A stretch of DNA of 64,000 nucleotides from Phoronis australis (lineage: Eukaryota; Animalia; Phoronida): the NCBI GenBank assembly GCA_002633005.1, contig NMRA01000086.1, positions 480,297 to 544,296 of the forward strand, written 5' to 3'. The notes beneath the pieces are model-generated. The model had not been told where the DNA came from. It was given only the letters and a program-made list of their open reading frames with translations, and ran no database searches. Every line of letters begins with the position of its first letter. Positions within the stretch are counted from its first letter, which is position 1. This document shows positions 1 to 11,225 of this stretch, one piece after another. The position numbers were made by a program, and so were the translations under genes.

Positions 1-978
1 ATTTTTGAAAAAATCGTTGCTATTGTGGCGGGCACCGTGGTCTGTGTATGAAAACCTCTTTCAAACACAACTCTGTGTTAGGGTTTTACGTGGGTTTATT
101 CTAGAGATCTACAAGATACATCTATTCAATATGCTGTCTAACTCTCAACTGAAAACTTGTTTGTCAGAACTAAAGATCATATGCTCATGAGTCATAATCA
201 GATTTCAGAGAATTGTTTTGAACAACTTACACAATCTATGATTCTAGCTACCAGTGCCATATAAGGTTATGTTTTGGACTCTGCAAGTTTAATGAAAACC
301 ACGAACATAACAGTCTGGTCGCGAGTCCGTTTGAAGATGCACTCTAACAAGTTATGTATATACAAGGAATGACCAAGGGGCGCTCACATTGATAAAGTGA
401 CCGCATTCGCGAACAGTGTACAGTACCAGAAATTGCGGGGAGGCTGTACTTTCACATCAAAGTCTTGCGGGACACGTGCGATGTTCAATAGGCCTCCGAA
501 GAAGCCCTAGTGCCGACCTCAACAACTACCGTCTTTCTACCTGCAATAAGCAACATTGCCGTTTTCTATACTGGAAATTTCCGCAGAAAGGCCCACCCGA
601 CGAAACGCCCATGGCCATGGGTATTTATTTGATGTTAATACTTCGGGTTTCAAGCGTTCAGATATTGGGACGTTTATTTCGAAAATTGCAACAGATGCAA
701 ATAGATCCTGGGATACATCATCAAGGTTTGAAGTAGTTCATGATGAACGGATCAAATTTAGTTGCGCATGCTGTAAGTGTTTTGAATGGACTTGGCAACC
801 TCAGGGGGCTTAGTGCCAACTGAGCTGCGAAACGAGATGCTGACATTGTAGAAGCTTAAAAGCTCATTGACACAGCAGTTGACGAAGCGCAAGTGTTGGG
901 AACAAACATCGAAGATGTCTGGGTAGAACGGTTCTAAGACGAGCAAACCATTAGATCCCATATACAGATTCCTTGGCA

Positions 979-2095
979 GCCTAGACAACAGAAAGATAGG
1001 ACCAACGTTCCTGAAGAAACACCCAGGTAATAAGTTATAATTCTACACGGTTTGTATATAATGTCGGTTTTTATGCTTGTGTAGGCCTACAATGAAAACG
1101 AAATAGAATTTATTTTGAACATGCCAAATTTACCCAGTACAGCAAAGAGTCTACGAGAGCACAGAAACTGATTCTGGTTTGTATTTTCACTTGAGTCTAT
1201 CTGCTTCATATCCAAAATCTATTTCACGTAGTGCGTAGTTAAATCTGTACTCAATACTTGTTTCTTTCAGTGAGTACTACAGCGCGAAAACCCTTCCTAG
1301 ACAACCTCTCGCAACAGTTGACCACCAGATATGTAAAATACATGATTGTATGAGCAACCACTGGGGATTAAAAAGGATCTAGAGAGAAGTTTTCAATTCA
1401 ACGTTTTTTGCAAAGTACACTTTAGGTCTCGCGACGGACCAGGCCAGCTTGATTTATGTAGATATTGAGTTTCAGTGTACTTCTGGTCCCTCGGCGAACT
1501 AGTCTTGTGCGTTTTTTTACCAAAGTGGGCTTTATAAAACTATTTATCTAAGTCAGTGCTGTTTGGTCCCGCGACAGTTCGACTATATTTATAGGGATAA
1601 TAAGCACAGGTGTACTTTTGGTCTCGTGACGGACCAGGCCAGAGCTTTTGTGTACTCTCAGTGTACATCTGGTCCCTCTGCGAACTGGTCCTGTATATCT
1701 TTTCACCACGGTGTACAGAATGTTTCAGTTTCGTGAAACTGTTTTCAGATGATTTGTTTCCTGATACATTTGACGTTTTTCAGTTGTTGTCAACGTGATT
1801 CAGCTTAACAAAGCGATAATTAATTGTTTATTGACGCTTTTAATAATAGACCATGAGCTGAGAGCACCATCGTTTGCCAGTTTTTCTCGTAACGAGACAG
1901 AACACATGTTTATTTCCGGACTAACAGTTCAGGTCGTCGTTCCTAAACAGCTTGAGGCTGTTGCGATCATCTGATATTCAAGTTTTTACGCCCCGTCGGT
2001 GCTCCTTATGCTCTTGAATATTTGGTGGTTGTCTAAACCCCCTGTATACACACCACACTTTTTCGTATGCTAAAAAGGTGTGTGAAAGCAGATGT
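979..2095 (+). repeat. Interspersed repeat/transposon fragment, copy 1 (internal ~60-bp spaced GTGTAC..GGTCC/GGTCTC subrepeats)
   Basis: 1282-2095 is nearly identical to 6132-6945. 979-2060 recurs, inverted and more diverged, at 2097-3157. Ends at an N (2096). Confidence 0.75.
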
Positions 2096-2096
2096 N

Positions 2097-3157
2097 GTGT
2101 GTATACAGGGGTTTAGACAACTACCAAACATTGAAGAGGAGCACCCACGGGGCGTAAAAACTTGAATATCAGATGATCGCAACAGCCTCAAGCTGTTTAA
2201 GAATGAAGACCTGTACTGTTAGTCCGGAAATAAACATGTGTTCTGTCTCGTTACGAGAAAAACTGGCGAACGATGGTGCTCTCAGCTCATAGTCTATTAC
2301 TAAAAGCAACAATAAACAATTAAGTATCACTTCATTAAGCTGAATCACGTTGACAACAATTGAAAAACGTCAAATGTATCATAAAACAAATCATCTGAAA
2401 ACAGTTTCACGAAACCAAAACACTCTGTAAGCCTACACCGTGGTGAAAAGATATACAGGAGTAGTTCGTAGAGGGACCAGATGTACACTGAGAGTACACA
2501 AAAACTCTGGCCAGGTCCGTCACGAGACCAAAAGTACACCTGTGCTAATTATCCCTACAAAAATAGTCGATCTGTCGCGGGACGAAACAGTACTGGTTGA
2601 GACAAATAGTTTTACAAAGCACACTTTGGTAAAAAACATCACAAGACTAGATCGCCGAGGGACCAGAAGTACACTGAAACTCGATATCTACACTGGATTG
2701 GTCCGTCGTGAGACCTAAAGTGTACTTTGCAAAAAAAATTGAATTGAAACTTCTCTCTAGTCACGTTTTAATCCCCAGTGGTTGCTCATACGTGTAGTTT
2801 ACACATCTGGTGGTTAACTGCTGCGAGAGGTTGTCAAGGAAGGGTTTTCGCACCGTTCTATAGTACTCACTGGAAGAAACAAGTATTGGGTACAGATTTA
2901 ACTACGCACTGCGCGAAATAAGATTTTGGATATGAAGCAGATAGACTCATGTGGAAATACAAACCAGAATCAGTTTCTGTGCGCTCGTAGACCCTCTGGT
3001 GTACTGGGTAAATTTGACATGTCTAAAAATAATTTCTATTTCGTTTTCATTGTACACAAGCACAAAAAACCGACATTATTACAAACTGTGAATAATTATA
3101 ACTTATTACCTGGGTGTTTCTCCAGGAACGTTGGTCCAATCTACCTGCTGTCTAGAC
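2097..3157 (-). repeat. Inverted, diverged copy of 979-2060; N-bounded (possible haplotig)
   Basis: Reverse complement matches copy 1 (compare the ORF-track peptides at 1610+ and 2345-). Flanked by single Ns at 2096 and 3158. Confidence 0.75.
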
Positions 3158-4997
3158 NTGTTAATATTTATAGTATTGAAACTGTAGATTAGATAAGCAT
3201 CTCTCATATTATTATAGTTTTAGATTTTTATTTTCATACTAAATATAATTGTGATTTAAATCTAATCAACAATTTTCTTTATAACGGTGTTATTTGCAAA
3301 GTTCTTTTTTGCAACACATGACAGTGGATCAACTTACCCCGGTGCTATGCACAATTTGCCCCATGTGTGGGGCAAGTCGTGCCACCTGACTAGGATTTTT
3401 GGCTGGCCGATTCCACAGTGTCTTCTGTTTAATCACCAAAGAACATTGCTACACTAGGTACAGCAGACATTAATGTATGTGCTTGGATACCAAATAAATG
3501 CAAAACACTACTACCTTAATTGTAGTGCAACCAAATGCGAAAAGTGGCACAACTTGCCCCACTCTCTACAGCTAGGTGCCACAGACCTCGAAATTTCTCA
3601 CAGGCATGGTAGTTCTGCTCATTACCTCATCGTGAAACTGCTGTATCAACATGTAGAGCTAAAGACCGGATGGGTGGCATGAAAAATCTGGGAATTAACT
3701 GACACTCGCCTTGCCTGTTGCAGATGTTTAAGTGGAAAACAATCTAATAAACTTCATTTTCTTGTATAATCCTCCGCCTTTTCTAGCAAAGAAAAGTTAT
3801 GTCCTCATTTTGAAAGCAATACCCTCGTGACATGCACCAGGGAAAAAAGCTATGTAGTTATCTAATGCCACCTGAGCATACTCACTTTTTTCTTCACAAA
3901 ACTGATTAAAAGAGCTCTTGCCCTTAATATATAGGGACTTTTTCTGTTATATATCCTCCCCTCAACCTGCTTCCGATAGTTACTGATCCAGTTCTAGCAA
4001 AACAAAACATTGAGTAATTAACCATCAGAATACACAAGTACAATGTAACGATCAAAACACACAGCCTACCTTAGAACAACTTGTACTGGTGCAACTTAGC
4101 CCAATTTTAAAATCCGTCCACCCTCACGCACACATCTGGGGTGCCATACAGCGATAAGAAGTGGCGCACTTACCCTCCCTCGATAAGGTTGACTAAGATG
4201 CATCAAGTGGGGCTAGTTACACTAGTTTGAATAACGTCCAGACAGCCCTCAAATCTAGGACAATTCAGATAGGAGTAACTTGTTCTAGGTAAGTCTGCGT
4301 GTGGAAGGCACTAAATTGAGTTACCAAACTTAAGCAGTGGCAGAAGTGTGATTAATTTCCAGAAGAAATGCCAAAACAGCCAATGTAATAGCGCGCAGTG
4401 TCTACAGTATGGTGCTCGAAAGTGGAAATGGTGATGACATATTCCAGGGGGGTTCCATTTGGATTGCAACAAAACTATCAATTGTCAAACCGCAAGTAAA
4501 CTTCACACGTTGCAGAGGTTAGAACTGCACAGTGCACACAAGCAAGTTCCGAGTCAGAGAGCAGTCAATTAAGAGTTTGACAAAATGGAAGTTTTAAGAG
4601 CAGCTGTCATGTCTCATCTCCATTATTTAGCTTCAGCGCCACCCTTTGATGATGTAACATGAAACATGCAACATAATGAAAGACATCAGAATTGGAGGTA
4701 AGTGGACAAAATTATTTACACAACAGAGACACAAGTGTAACACTGTGTTTCACGCAAGTCGTAAAAACCATAAAAATCGTAGCAGGTCTGCATTGGAGCA
4801 GTGAATCAATTTTGCAAATGATCCATTACCATTTGACTAAACAACGTGACAGCAGTAACGTGAATTACTTAATTGGCTCTCAAATTCCTGGAGTTCTTCC
4901 CGCTGTACACCTTCCAACCTTCATCTCCAGGAAAATAGATAAAATGATAATTTAAATACGCATCTGGTGTCGTCTCATACATTTCATTTGAATTTTT

Positions 4998-5216
4998 CTA
5001 ATACTGAAAGGACCGCAAGCACATTTGCCTACATAATCTGAACTCTGGTGTAGATTTACTAAGTCTCACCTTTATTCGCTTCGCACCACAACCTAAACGT
5101 GCTGCCACATCAACGACCATAGGGGAATTCTCCCGCCTCATTCCTGCCTCCCACGACTCTATGAGAAGATCCCTTTCACTTTGAGTGAAGAATTGCGGCA
5201 AAATATTCCAACTCAT
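4998..5216 (-). pseudogene. Decayed homeobox fragment (HDX-like atypical homeodomain)
   Basis: Translation FTQSERDLLIESWEAGMRRENSPMVVDVAARLGCGAKRIK, then a phase-0 66-nt intron (AAG|gtgaga ... cctttcag, 5004-5069) at the classic homeodomain 46/47 position. The next codons are TAT TAG, so the invariant Trp48 position is a stop (TGG>TAG). Confidence 0.5.
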
Positions 5217-5450
5217 AAATATTGACAAGTGAGTAGTAAAATAATGTAACTTAATGGAAGAAAATACGACATATCTAAAAAGCATCACAACACGTGATGA
5301 AGACTGAGACACAAACTAACGTAGAAGTGACAAGACACATTTGTGACTCAAGCACAAGAGACAAATTGTTGGTTAAGGAACGTGACATGATGCACAGTAG
5401 ACCACGAGATATACTGTAGCATCTGGCCATGTTAGCTCCAAGAATATGTG

Positions 5451-5900
5451 CTATCCAGCAGAGTAATTTGTATGTTTCTTAGACAGCCACACCTGAGCAC
5501 GGCAGGTGGTGAGGACGCCTGTGATTGGGAGGTGGAATTTTCCTAACCCTGACTGAAATATTGCCGGCACAGGCACCTTTTCCTTTCCATGAATGAGGGC
5601 CCTGTACGTGTACACAATACTAGAGTCAATACAGACTGCTAGTTGCCCTAACAGGTAATCAGTGAATAACGGCCCGTTATTGAGTGGAAAAGACTGGTTC
5701 TCAAAATCAGGGACCGCTACCGGATCGACAAGCTCCCTGCCAGATTGCCTAAAATTAAGAGCACATTTGAACATGGAATATAATTTACAGAAAATTGCTT
5801 CAAGGGTTGTAATTTACTGCAATGTTGACGATTAAAATTATCATAACAAAACAACTCACCTTCGCTCGTTTACTTGTAGCAGCAACAGCTGTGCGTACAT
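5451..5900 (-). pseudogene. Possible spliced upstream exons of unknown or TE-borne gene
   Basis: ATG at 5900 and donor AG|gtgagt at 5860/5859. Acceptor ttttag at 5749 joins in frame to QSGRELVDPVAVPDFENQ... No recognised domain. Confidence 0.3.
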
Positions 5901-6125
5901 CGTGCAACTCGGCCATTTTGAAAACGCGCTTAAACGTCTGGACGAGAGTAACGTAAAATCACGTTTCCTTTCACTACGACTTCTGAGCAGATTTCACCGT
6001 TTGGCTAGAAGGCTCGAACGGTTAAGCACATGCTACAAATTTATAAAATTCGCAGGTCTGAAAGCCGTAACGGCAACCTTTTCCGTTACGGCTTAGACCT
6101 TGTTACGGAGTATGGATCGGGTGAC

Positions 6126-6945
6126 AGAACGGCGCGAAAACCCTTCCTAGACAACCTCTCGCAACAGTTGACCACCAGATGTGTAAAATACATGATTGTA
6201 TGAGCAACCACTGGGGATTAAAAAGGATCTAGAGAGAAGTTTTCAATTCAACGTTTTTTGCAAAGTACACTTTAGGTCTCGCGACGGACCAGGCCAGCTT
6301 GATTTATGTAGATTTTGAGTTTCAGTGTACTTCTGGTCCCTCGGCGAACTAGTCTTTTGCGTTTTTTTACCAAAGTGGGCTTTATAAAACTATTTATCTA
6401 AGTCAGTGCTGTTTGGTCCCGCGACAGTTCGACTATATTTATAGGGATAATAAGCACAGGTGTACTTTTGGTCTCGTGACGGACCAGGCCAGAGCTTTTG
6501 TGTACTCTCAGTGTACATCTGGTCCCTCTGCGAACTGGTCCTGTATATCTTTTCACCACGGTGTACAGAATGTTTCAGTTTCGTGAAACTGTTTTCAGAT
6601 GATTTGTTTCCTGATACATTTGACGTTTTTCAGTTGTTGTCAACGTGATTCAGCTTAACAAAGCGATAATTAATTGTTTATTGACGCTTTTGATAATAGA
6701 CCATGAGCTGAGAGCACCATCGTTTGCCAGTTTTTCTCGTAACGAGACAGAACACATGTTTATTTCCGGACTAACAGTTCAGGTCGTCGTTCCTAAACAG
6801 CTTGAGGCTGTTGCGATCATCTGATATTCAAGTTTTTACGCCCCGTCGGTGCTCCTTATGCTCTTGAATATTTGGTGGTTGTCTAAACCCCCTGTATACA
6901 CACCACACTTTTTCGTATGCTAAAAAGGTGTGTGAAAGCAGATGT
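6126..6945 (+). repeat. Interspersed repeat, copy 3 (near-identical to 1282-2095)
   Basis: Direct repeat; the ORF-track peptides at 1610 and 6460 are identical. Confidence 0.8.
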
Positions 6946-8013
6946 TCCAACAAAAATTTTTGCTGGTGGTGTGACTCACACCCAGATGTGCACAATGTGG
7001 TTTCACGAAACTTATGAGCCATGTTCATGTGACGAAATCGAGAAGGATTTTTAATTATCTTAAGAAAAACTCCAGAGACATGTTAAGTGCCAGAAACTTA
7101 CCAGGATGCATGGAAATTTCACTGTTTGGCTACAAAAACAAAAAATTGTCTTACGCGGGGAAACCCCCCTCCCGACCTCCCCCCGCTCGGCTCCTCGCGC
7201 CTCGGATTCGACCTTTGCGGGAATTCTAACCCCCCCTTACTGAAAACGTAGATCTGCCACTGCAAGTACACCAAAGTAGAACATAACTCGTCATTTTATG
7301 CTCTTTTGTTTCTTGGTCGATTTTAAAGCATTCACACCGCACTAGGGGGCCTACTTTTTGTGAGCGCTCTCGATGCTATATAGCTTCTAGCGCCTCCTTA
7401 ATTTGTTACCCTGGGCTGTAGCGACCAAGCACGTTCAATGCCGATGAATAACATAAAGCCTCTTCTAATCGTCTGTAAGATCCTGTTGTCTACGCAAACG
7501 TCACTGGTGCCGGGTACGGTCCGATTATTGTGTGAAGCAAATTCAAAACGATATTAATTTGATTATGATCGTGCTTATAGCAGTAATAGTAGCCGCAACA
7601 ATTTTGTTGTTGTTCTTGTCCATTTATATCCCAAGGTACCTAAACTACACGGTCAACGGACTCAAAAACACGGGAACGGACGGGACGCATGAACACGACT
7701 CACGGACCGGCAAACACCGTCCACTGACTCACAAACACGGGAACGGACTCACAAAACACGATCCACGCACCCAAATACACGGGACACGGACACATATTCA
7801 CGAGGAAACACGGTTAACAGACTGCGAAACACGGTTTACGGACAAAATGTCAACTTCAGCGTTGACAGCTGTGTAATGGGTGCGAGATTAAATATATTTC
7901 TGATATTATTTTTGTCTGTACCTGTCTTATCCTATGCAATAGGCTAGGGCAGGACCTTTTCCGCGGGGGGTTCGATCGAACCCCCGAACCCCGCCCCCCT
8001 GGCTACGGGCCTG

Positions 8014-9015
8014 GAGTGTGTGACAAGCATTTTTGCCACTGGATTACGAAAAACGGATATGTACGCGGAATCGGTGACGGTTCCTGCAAAGCAACCCCTG
8101 AAGAAGGGTGCCATACTGTTGCTGTTGATTCCCGGCAGTACCCCGTCGGCGCCATCCCCGAGAAGTGCATTTTGAAGCGAGTGGCCTCGCGAGCTGTGGC
8201 CTCTACGGATGCGCTTCATATACTGGCACCCGTGCCTCCGAACGTTTCCCAAAGCGTGCAGTGATTTGCCCTGTGCTGGTGTTGTCTCCAACCCAAAGCC
8301 TGTAAGCAGTTCTGCAGTGATGTTGAGTATTGGTAGTGAATACACGTCATTGTCGACACCCAGTGGGGAAGACAGTTCGTTGTCCAGTGGTCAGGCCGGT
8401 GAGCCAAACTTTGATAAGTTTATTGTGGACTTCACTACAGTATTGCAGCTATTAGAAGGTGCCAGGTGTGTGGCGAGGGAGTCACACGGTTGGATGTAAG
8501 CGGTTTGGGTGCTCAGTGGGAACAGCATATGTATTCCATTGACTAGGTCGGCATGACAGGGCACACCTTGCATTTGCACCAAGACGTCCCACCATGTCTG
8601 TCCTCAGTCTCTCCCTCATCCCTCTCAACAGCTGTCTGTATTCTGCCTCACAATACTGGGGCTCAAACATATATATCCATCCACTGCTATTACAAACTAA
8701 GACTTCTAAATCCAACGTAACTGGGTTCTCTAACGACCAAGTTTGTCGTAAAATACTCGTCCATGGGAAGTGGTGACGACAATTTTAGGAGACCAGCACA
8801 ACATAACAGTAGAACAGATCCTCACTGTAGGCCTAACTCGAATGACTAGAAACGAAATGGCGGGAAATTCCTAACCCCCTAAACATCACTTTCGGTGTAG
8901 TGCACGATCAATTAATAAAATTACGGGGAGCCGTAGATAACTGAAGCACATGTCAGGGTTAATCAGCGAATTGTATTTTTACTAAACATGACACGAAAAA
9001 AGGTTGCCTTCCCCT
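8014..9015. mobile_element. Internally deleted Kolobok-type DNA transposon (THAP-transposase remnant on +, KolX/P2X7-ballast-like remnant on -)
   Basis: + strand frameshifted CDKHF...LKKGAI...RSAF/KRVASRAV and KFIVDFTTVLQLL. - strand YMFEP...GRLG / WCKCKVCPVMPT*SMEYICC. Terminus GGTTGCCTTCCCCT followed by TTAA (9016-9019). Confidence 0.6.
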
Positions 9016-9039
9016 TTAAAGGTAGTTCAGGGTCTTGGG

Positions 9040-9180
9040 CATGGGAGGCGCGGCACTGAAAAAAGAGGGGGCTATACCCTCCAGCCCCCCTGTGGTGCAC
9101 CACCCATAGACCATGGGCGTCGGATCACTGGAAAAGGTGGGGGCTATAGCCCCCCAGCTCCTTATGGTGCGCCGCCCATG
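9040..9180. mobile_element. Two tandem ~70-bp mini-MITEs (CATGGG...CCCATG ends)
   Basis: catggga...cacccata (9040-9108) and catgggcg...cgcccatg (9112-9180), with similar internal ggggctata/cccc cores. Confidence 0.45.
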
Positions 9181-9896
9181 TTGGGAAGAACGGACGGGAT
9201 CTTGTTTCGATGTAAAATTCGATACGTTGTCTTGTCACAGCGCAGTCCCCATCTTTGTCTCGATCACCAGTTACCCTTTTCCCCCCAACACCTTCCCTCA
9301 TTCTCCACGTACAATTTAGCTGTGGAAAGTGGCCTAATTCCTGTACAAATTTTTAACAGTTTTGACCAGTTTACAGCCACCTGCGATGGTGTAACTAGAA
9401 AACTAAACTTAAATTTGTTGCAAAAATTTTATCCACTTAACAAAACAACCAAAAAGCATCAAGTTCTGCGTTTCTTTTCGAGCCACAAATGTCCCGCTAT
9501 AATTAACGTACAGCTGTACAAGTTTTCGCAAAGATAACGACGTCAGTTGCCTTGAAACTATTCAAATGGCACGAACACCGTACTAACTACGACTATCCAG
9601 AAATCTACCAAATAAAGCCCTGAACTACAGCATGTGGATACTTACACACATCTCGTCTACAAACCCGACCGTCAGCTAAACTAAGTCGAAAGTAACTTTT
9701 TCAATTCAAAGAAAAGACAAAAATGAAGGGCCTAAGTCAGTTGTCAATGTTACGAACACACTAACTCTTAATTTTAGAAAATTTTCTAATAAATAATTGT
9801 ACAAAATTTAGTGTAGATTGCTCGTTCCTTTTACTGCATATTGGACTTATTGCTAACCTCTTCACTTTCTGGTTTCAAATCAACATTTACACTATG

Positions 9897-11225
9897 TTAG
9901 TCACGACGTACACCATTGAACAGCATGGCTCTTGGCTTGAAAATGTTCATCAAATCTCGTCGTAAAGTTTTGTTCATAACGACGAAAATGGTGAAATTCA
10001 CAGAAGGACACGACATGCGAAGTAAATGATTCAGGACATTTAAGTCGGTAATATTCGCCACCACAGTTCTGAACATAACTGGTAAAAAGCTGGGAACGAT
10101 GTAGTACAATAAATAGCCACAAAACAAAATTGCTACCATTTTCGTCACACGCCAGTCTTTTCTTGAAACAAATAGTCTTGCAGGTCGAACAAACACCTTT
10201 TGAGGTTTACCAATTTTGACAGATCTAAAGTCTTTCTCAGCCAGTTGTACGCTGTTACTAGCGGTGGATGCGGACTTTCTCGTATGACCGATAGGCTCGC
10301 TTGAGGACGGCGCCATCTCACTGGAAGTCGTTGGCAATGACTCATCTTTCATGGCATGTTGTACTAAGCGTTCTTCCCTTTGAGACGAATTCTCATTCAT
10401 TTCATATGACTCAAAACAGTAGCGATTTACCCCCGTTTCGCCGAGTGGAACGTTTCCAAGCTGTTCGTGTGTGGTTTTGGTGGTTTTCGCGGAAGTAGTA
10501 GTAGCAAATAGTTTAGTAAGTAATGGCGCTTTGGTCGTTCTGCACGTCTGATCTTGAAGCTTATAAGTTGAAACCGGAAGCGTCGTGTTGATACGATTTC
10601 GGCTCTTCCTCACAACCCAGCAAATTCTCAGGTAGCAAATGGGAATAATGAAAGTAACAGGTATTCCTATTCCAACCGCAATAGTGTAATAAAAAGGTTT
10701 GCTTTTCGCGACGCACCTTAGTCTGTTCACATTGTACGTCATTCCGTCCAGAACAGCTAATATAATCGAACAAACAGGAATAACAAATACTGCTGCAAGG
10801 GAAATAATTAAAGTAACTTTTGGGTTGATTTTCACGTTGCGATGTGCAATATGTATACACCTCGTTATTGCTATGATAACCAAAAGTAAAGCTGTCCAAA
10901 AATTACGTAATATAAGGGCATAGCCTTCGTAGATACACGCGGATGAGTGTTTGAACCATTCTTCGTCAAGCAACGAAACGATGCGAAACGGTGTGACAGC
11001 AATCGAATCCACTACATGAACCATGACCAGAACAAACACCAAGCATTCGGAAATAAATTTAGCTGTCCTCTTGCGTAGAAACACGATAACAATGCCTAAA
11101 TTTCCGACGAATCCAACTGCGACTAGAATGCATAAAACAACAACTGAAAAATACCTCGCAAAAGGTGAAAGGTGTGAAGATTTATCAAGAGTTGAGTTTT
11201 GTGAAATGTTGTCGCTGTCTTCCAT
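9897..11225 (-). CDS. Intronless rhodopsin-class (class A) GPCR, Moody/Tre1/GPR84-like, 442 aa
   Basis: Seven hydrophobic segments, N-terminal NxS/T sequons, TM1 GFVGN, TM3 Cys and IAITRC (DRY position), long ICL3, and KDWRVTKMV before TM6 (Moody-like). Confidence 0.9.
   Translation of the reverse strand: MEDSDNISQNSTLDKSSHLSPFARYFSVVVLCILVAVGFVGNLGIVIVFLRKRTAKFISECLVFVLVMVHVVDSIAVTPFRIVSLLDEEWFKHSSACIYEGYALILRNFWTALLLVIIAITRCIHIAHRNVKINPKVTLIISLAAVFVIPVCSIILAVLDGMTYNVNRLRCVAKSKPFYYTIAVGIGIPVTFIIPICYLRICWVVRKSRNRINTTLPVSTYKLQDQTCRTTKAPLLTKLFATTTSAKTTKTTHEQLGNVPLGETGVNRYCFESYEMNENSSQREERLVQHAMKDESLPTTSSEMAPSSSEPIGHTRKSASTASNSVQLAEKDFRSVKIGKPQKVFVRPARLFVSRKDWRVTKMVAILFCGYLLYYIVPSFLPVMFRTVVANITDLNVLNHLLRMSCPSVNFTIFVVMNKTLRRDLMNIFKPRAMLFNGVRRD

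Noticed and set aside
979-3157. Apparent 2.2-kb giant palindrome
   Set aside because: The centre and right end coincide with Ns (2096, 3158) and the arms are diverged. An inverted haplotig or scaffolding artefact is more likely than a real fold-back.
9004-9537. 177-aa ORF
   Set aside because: It begins in a TE terminus and mini-MITEs, starts at a non-ATG codon and has no recognisable domain.
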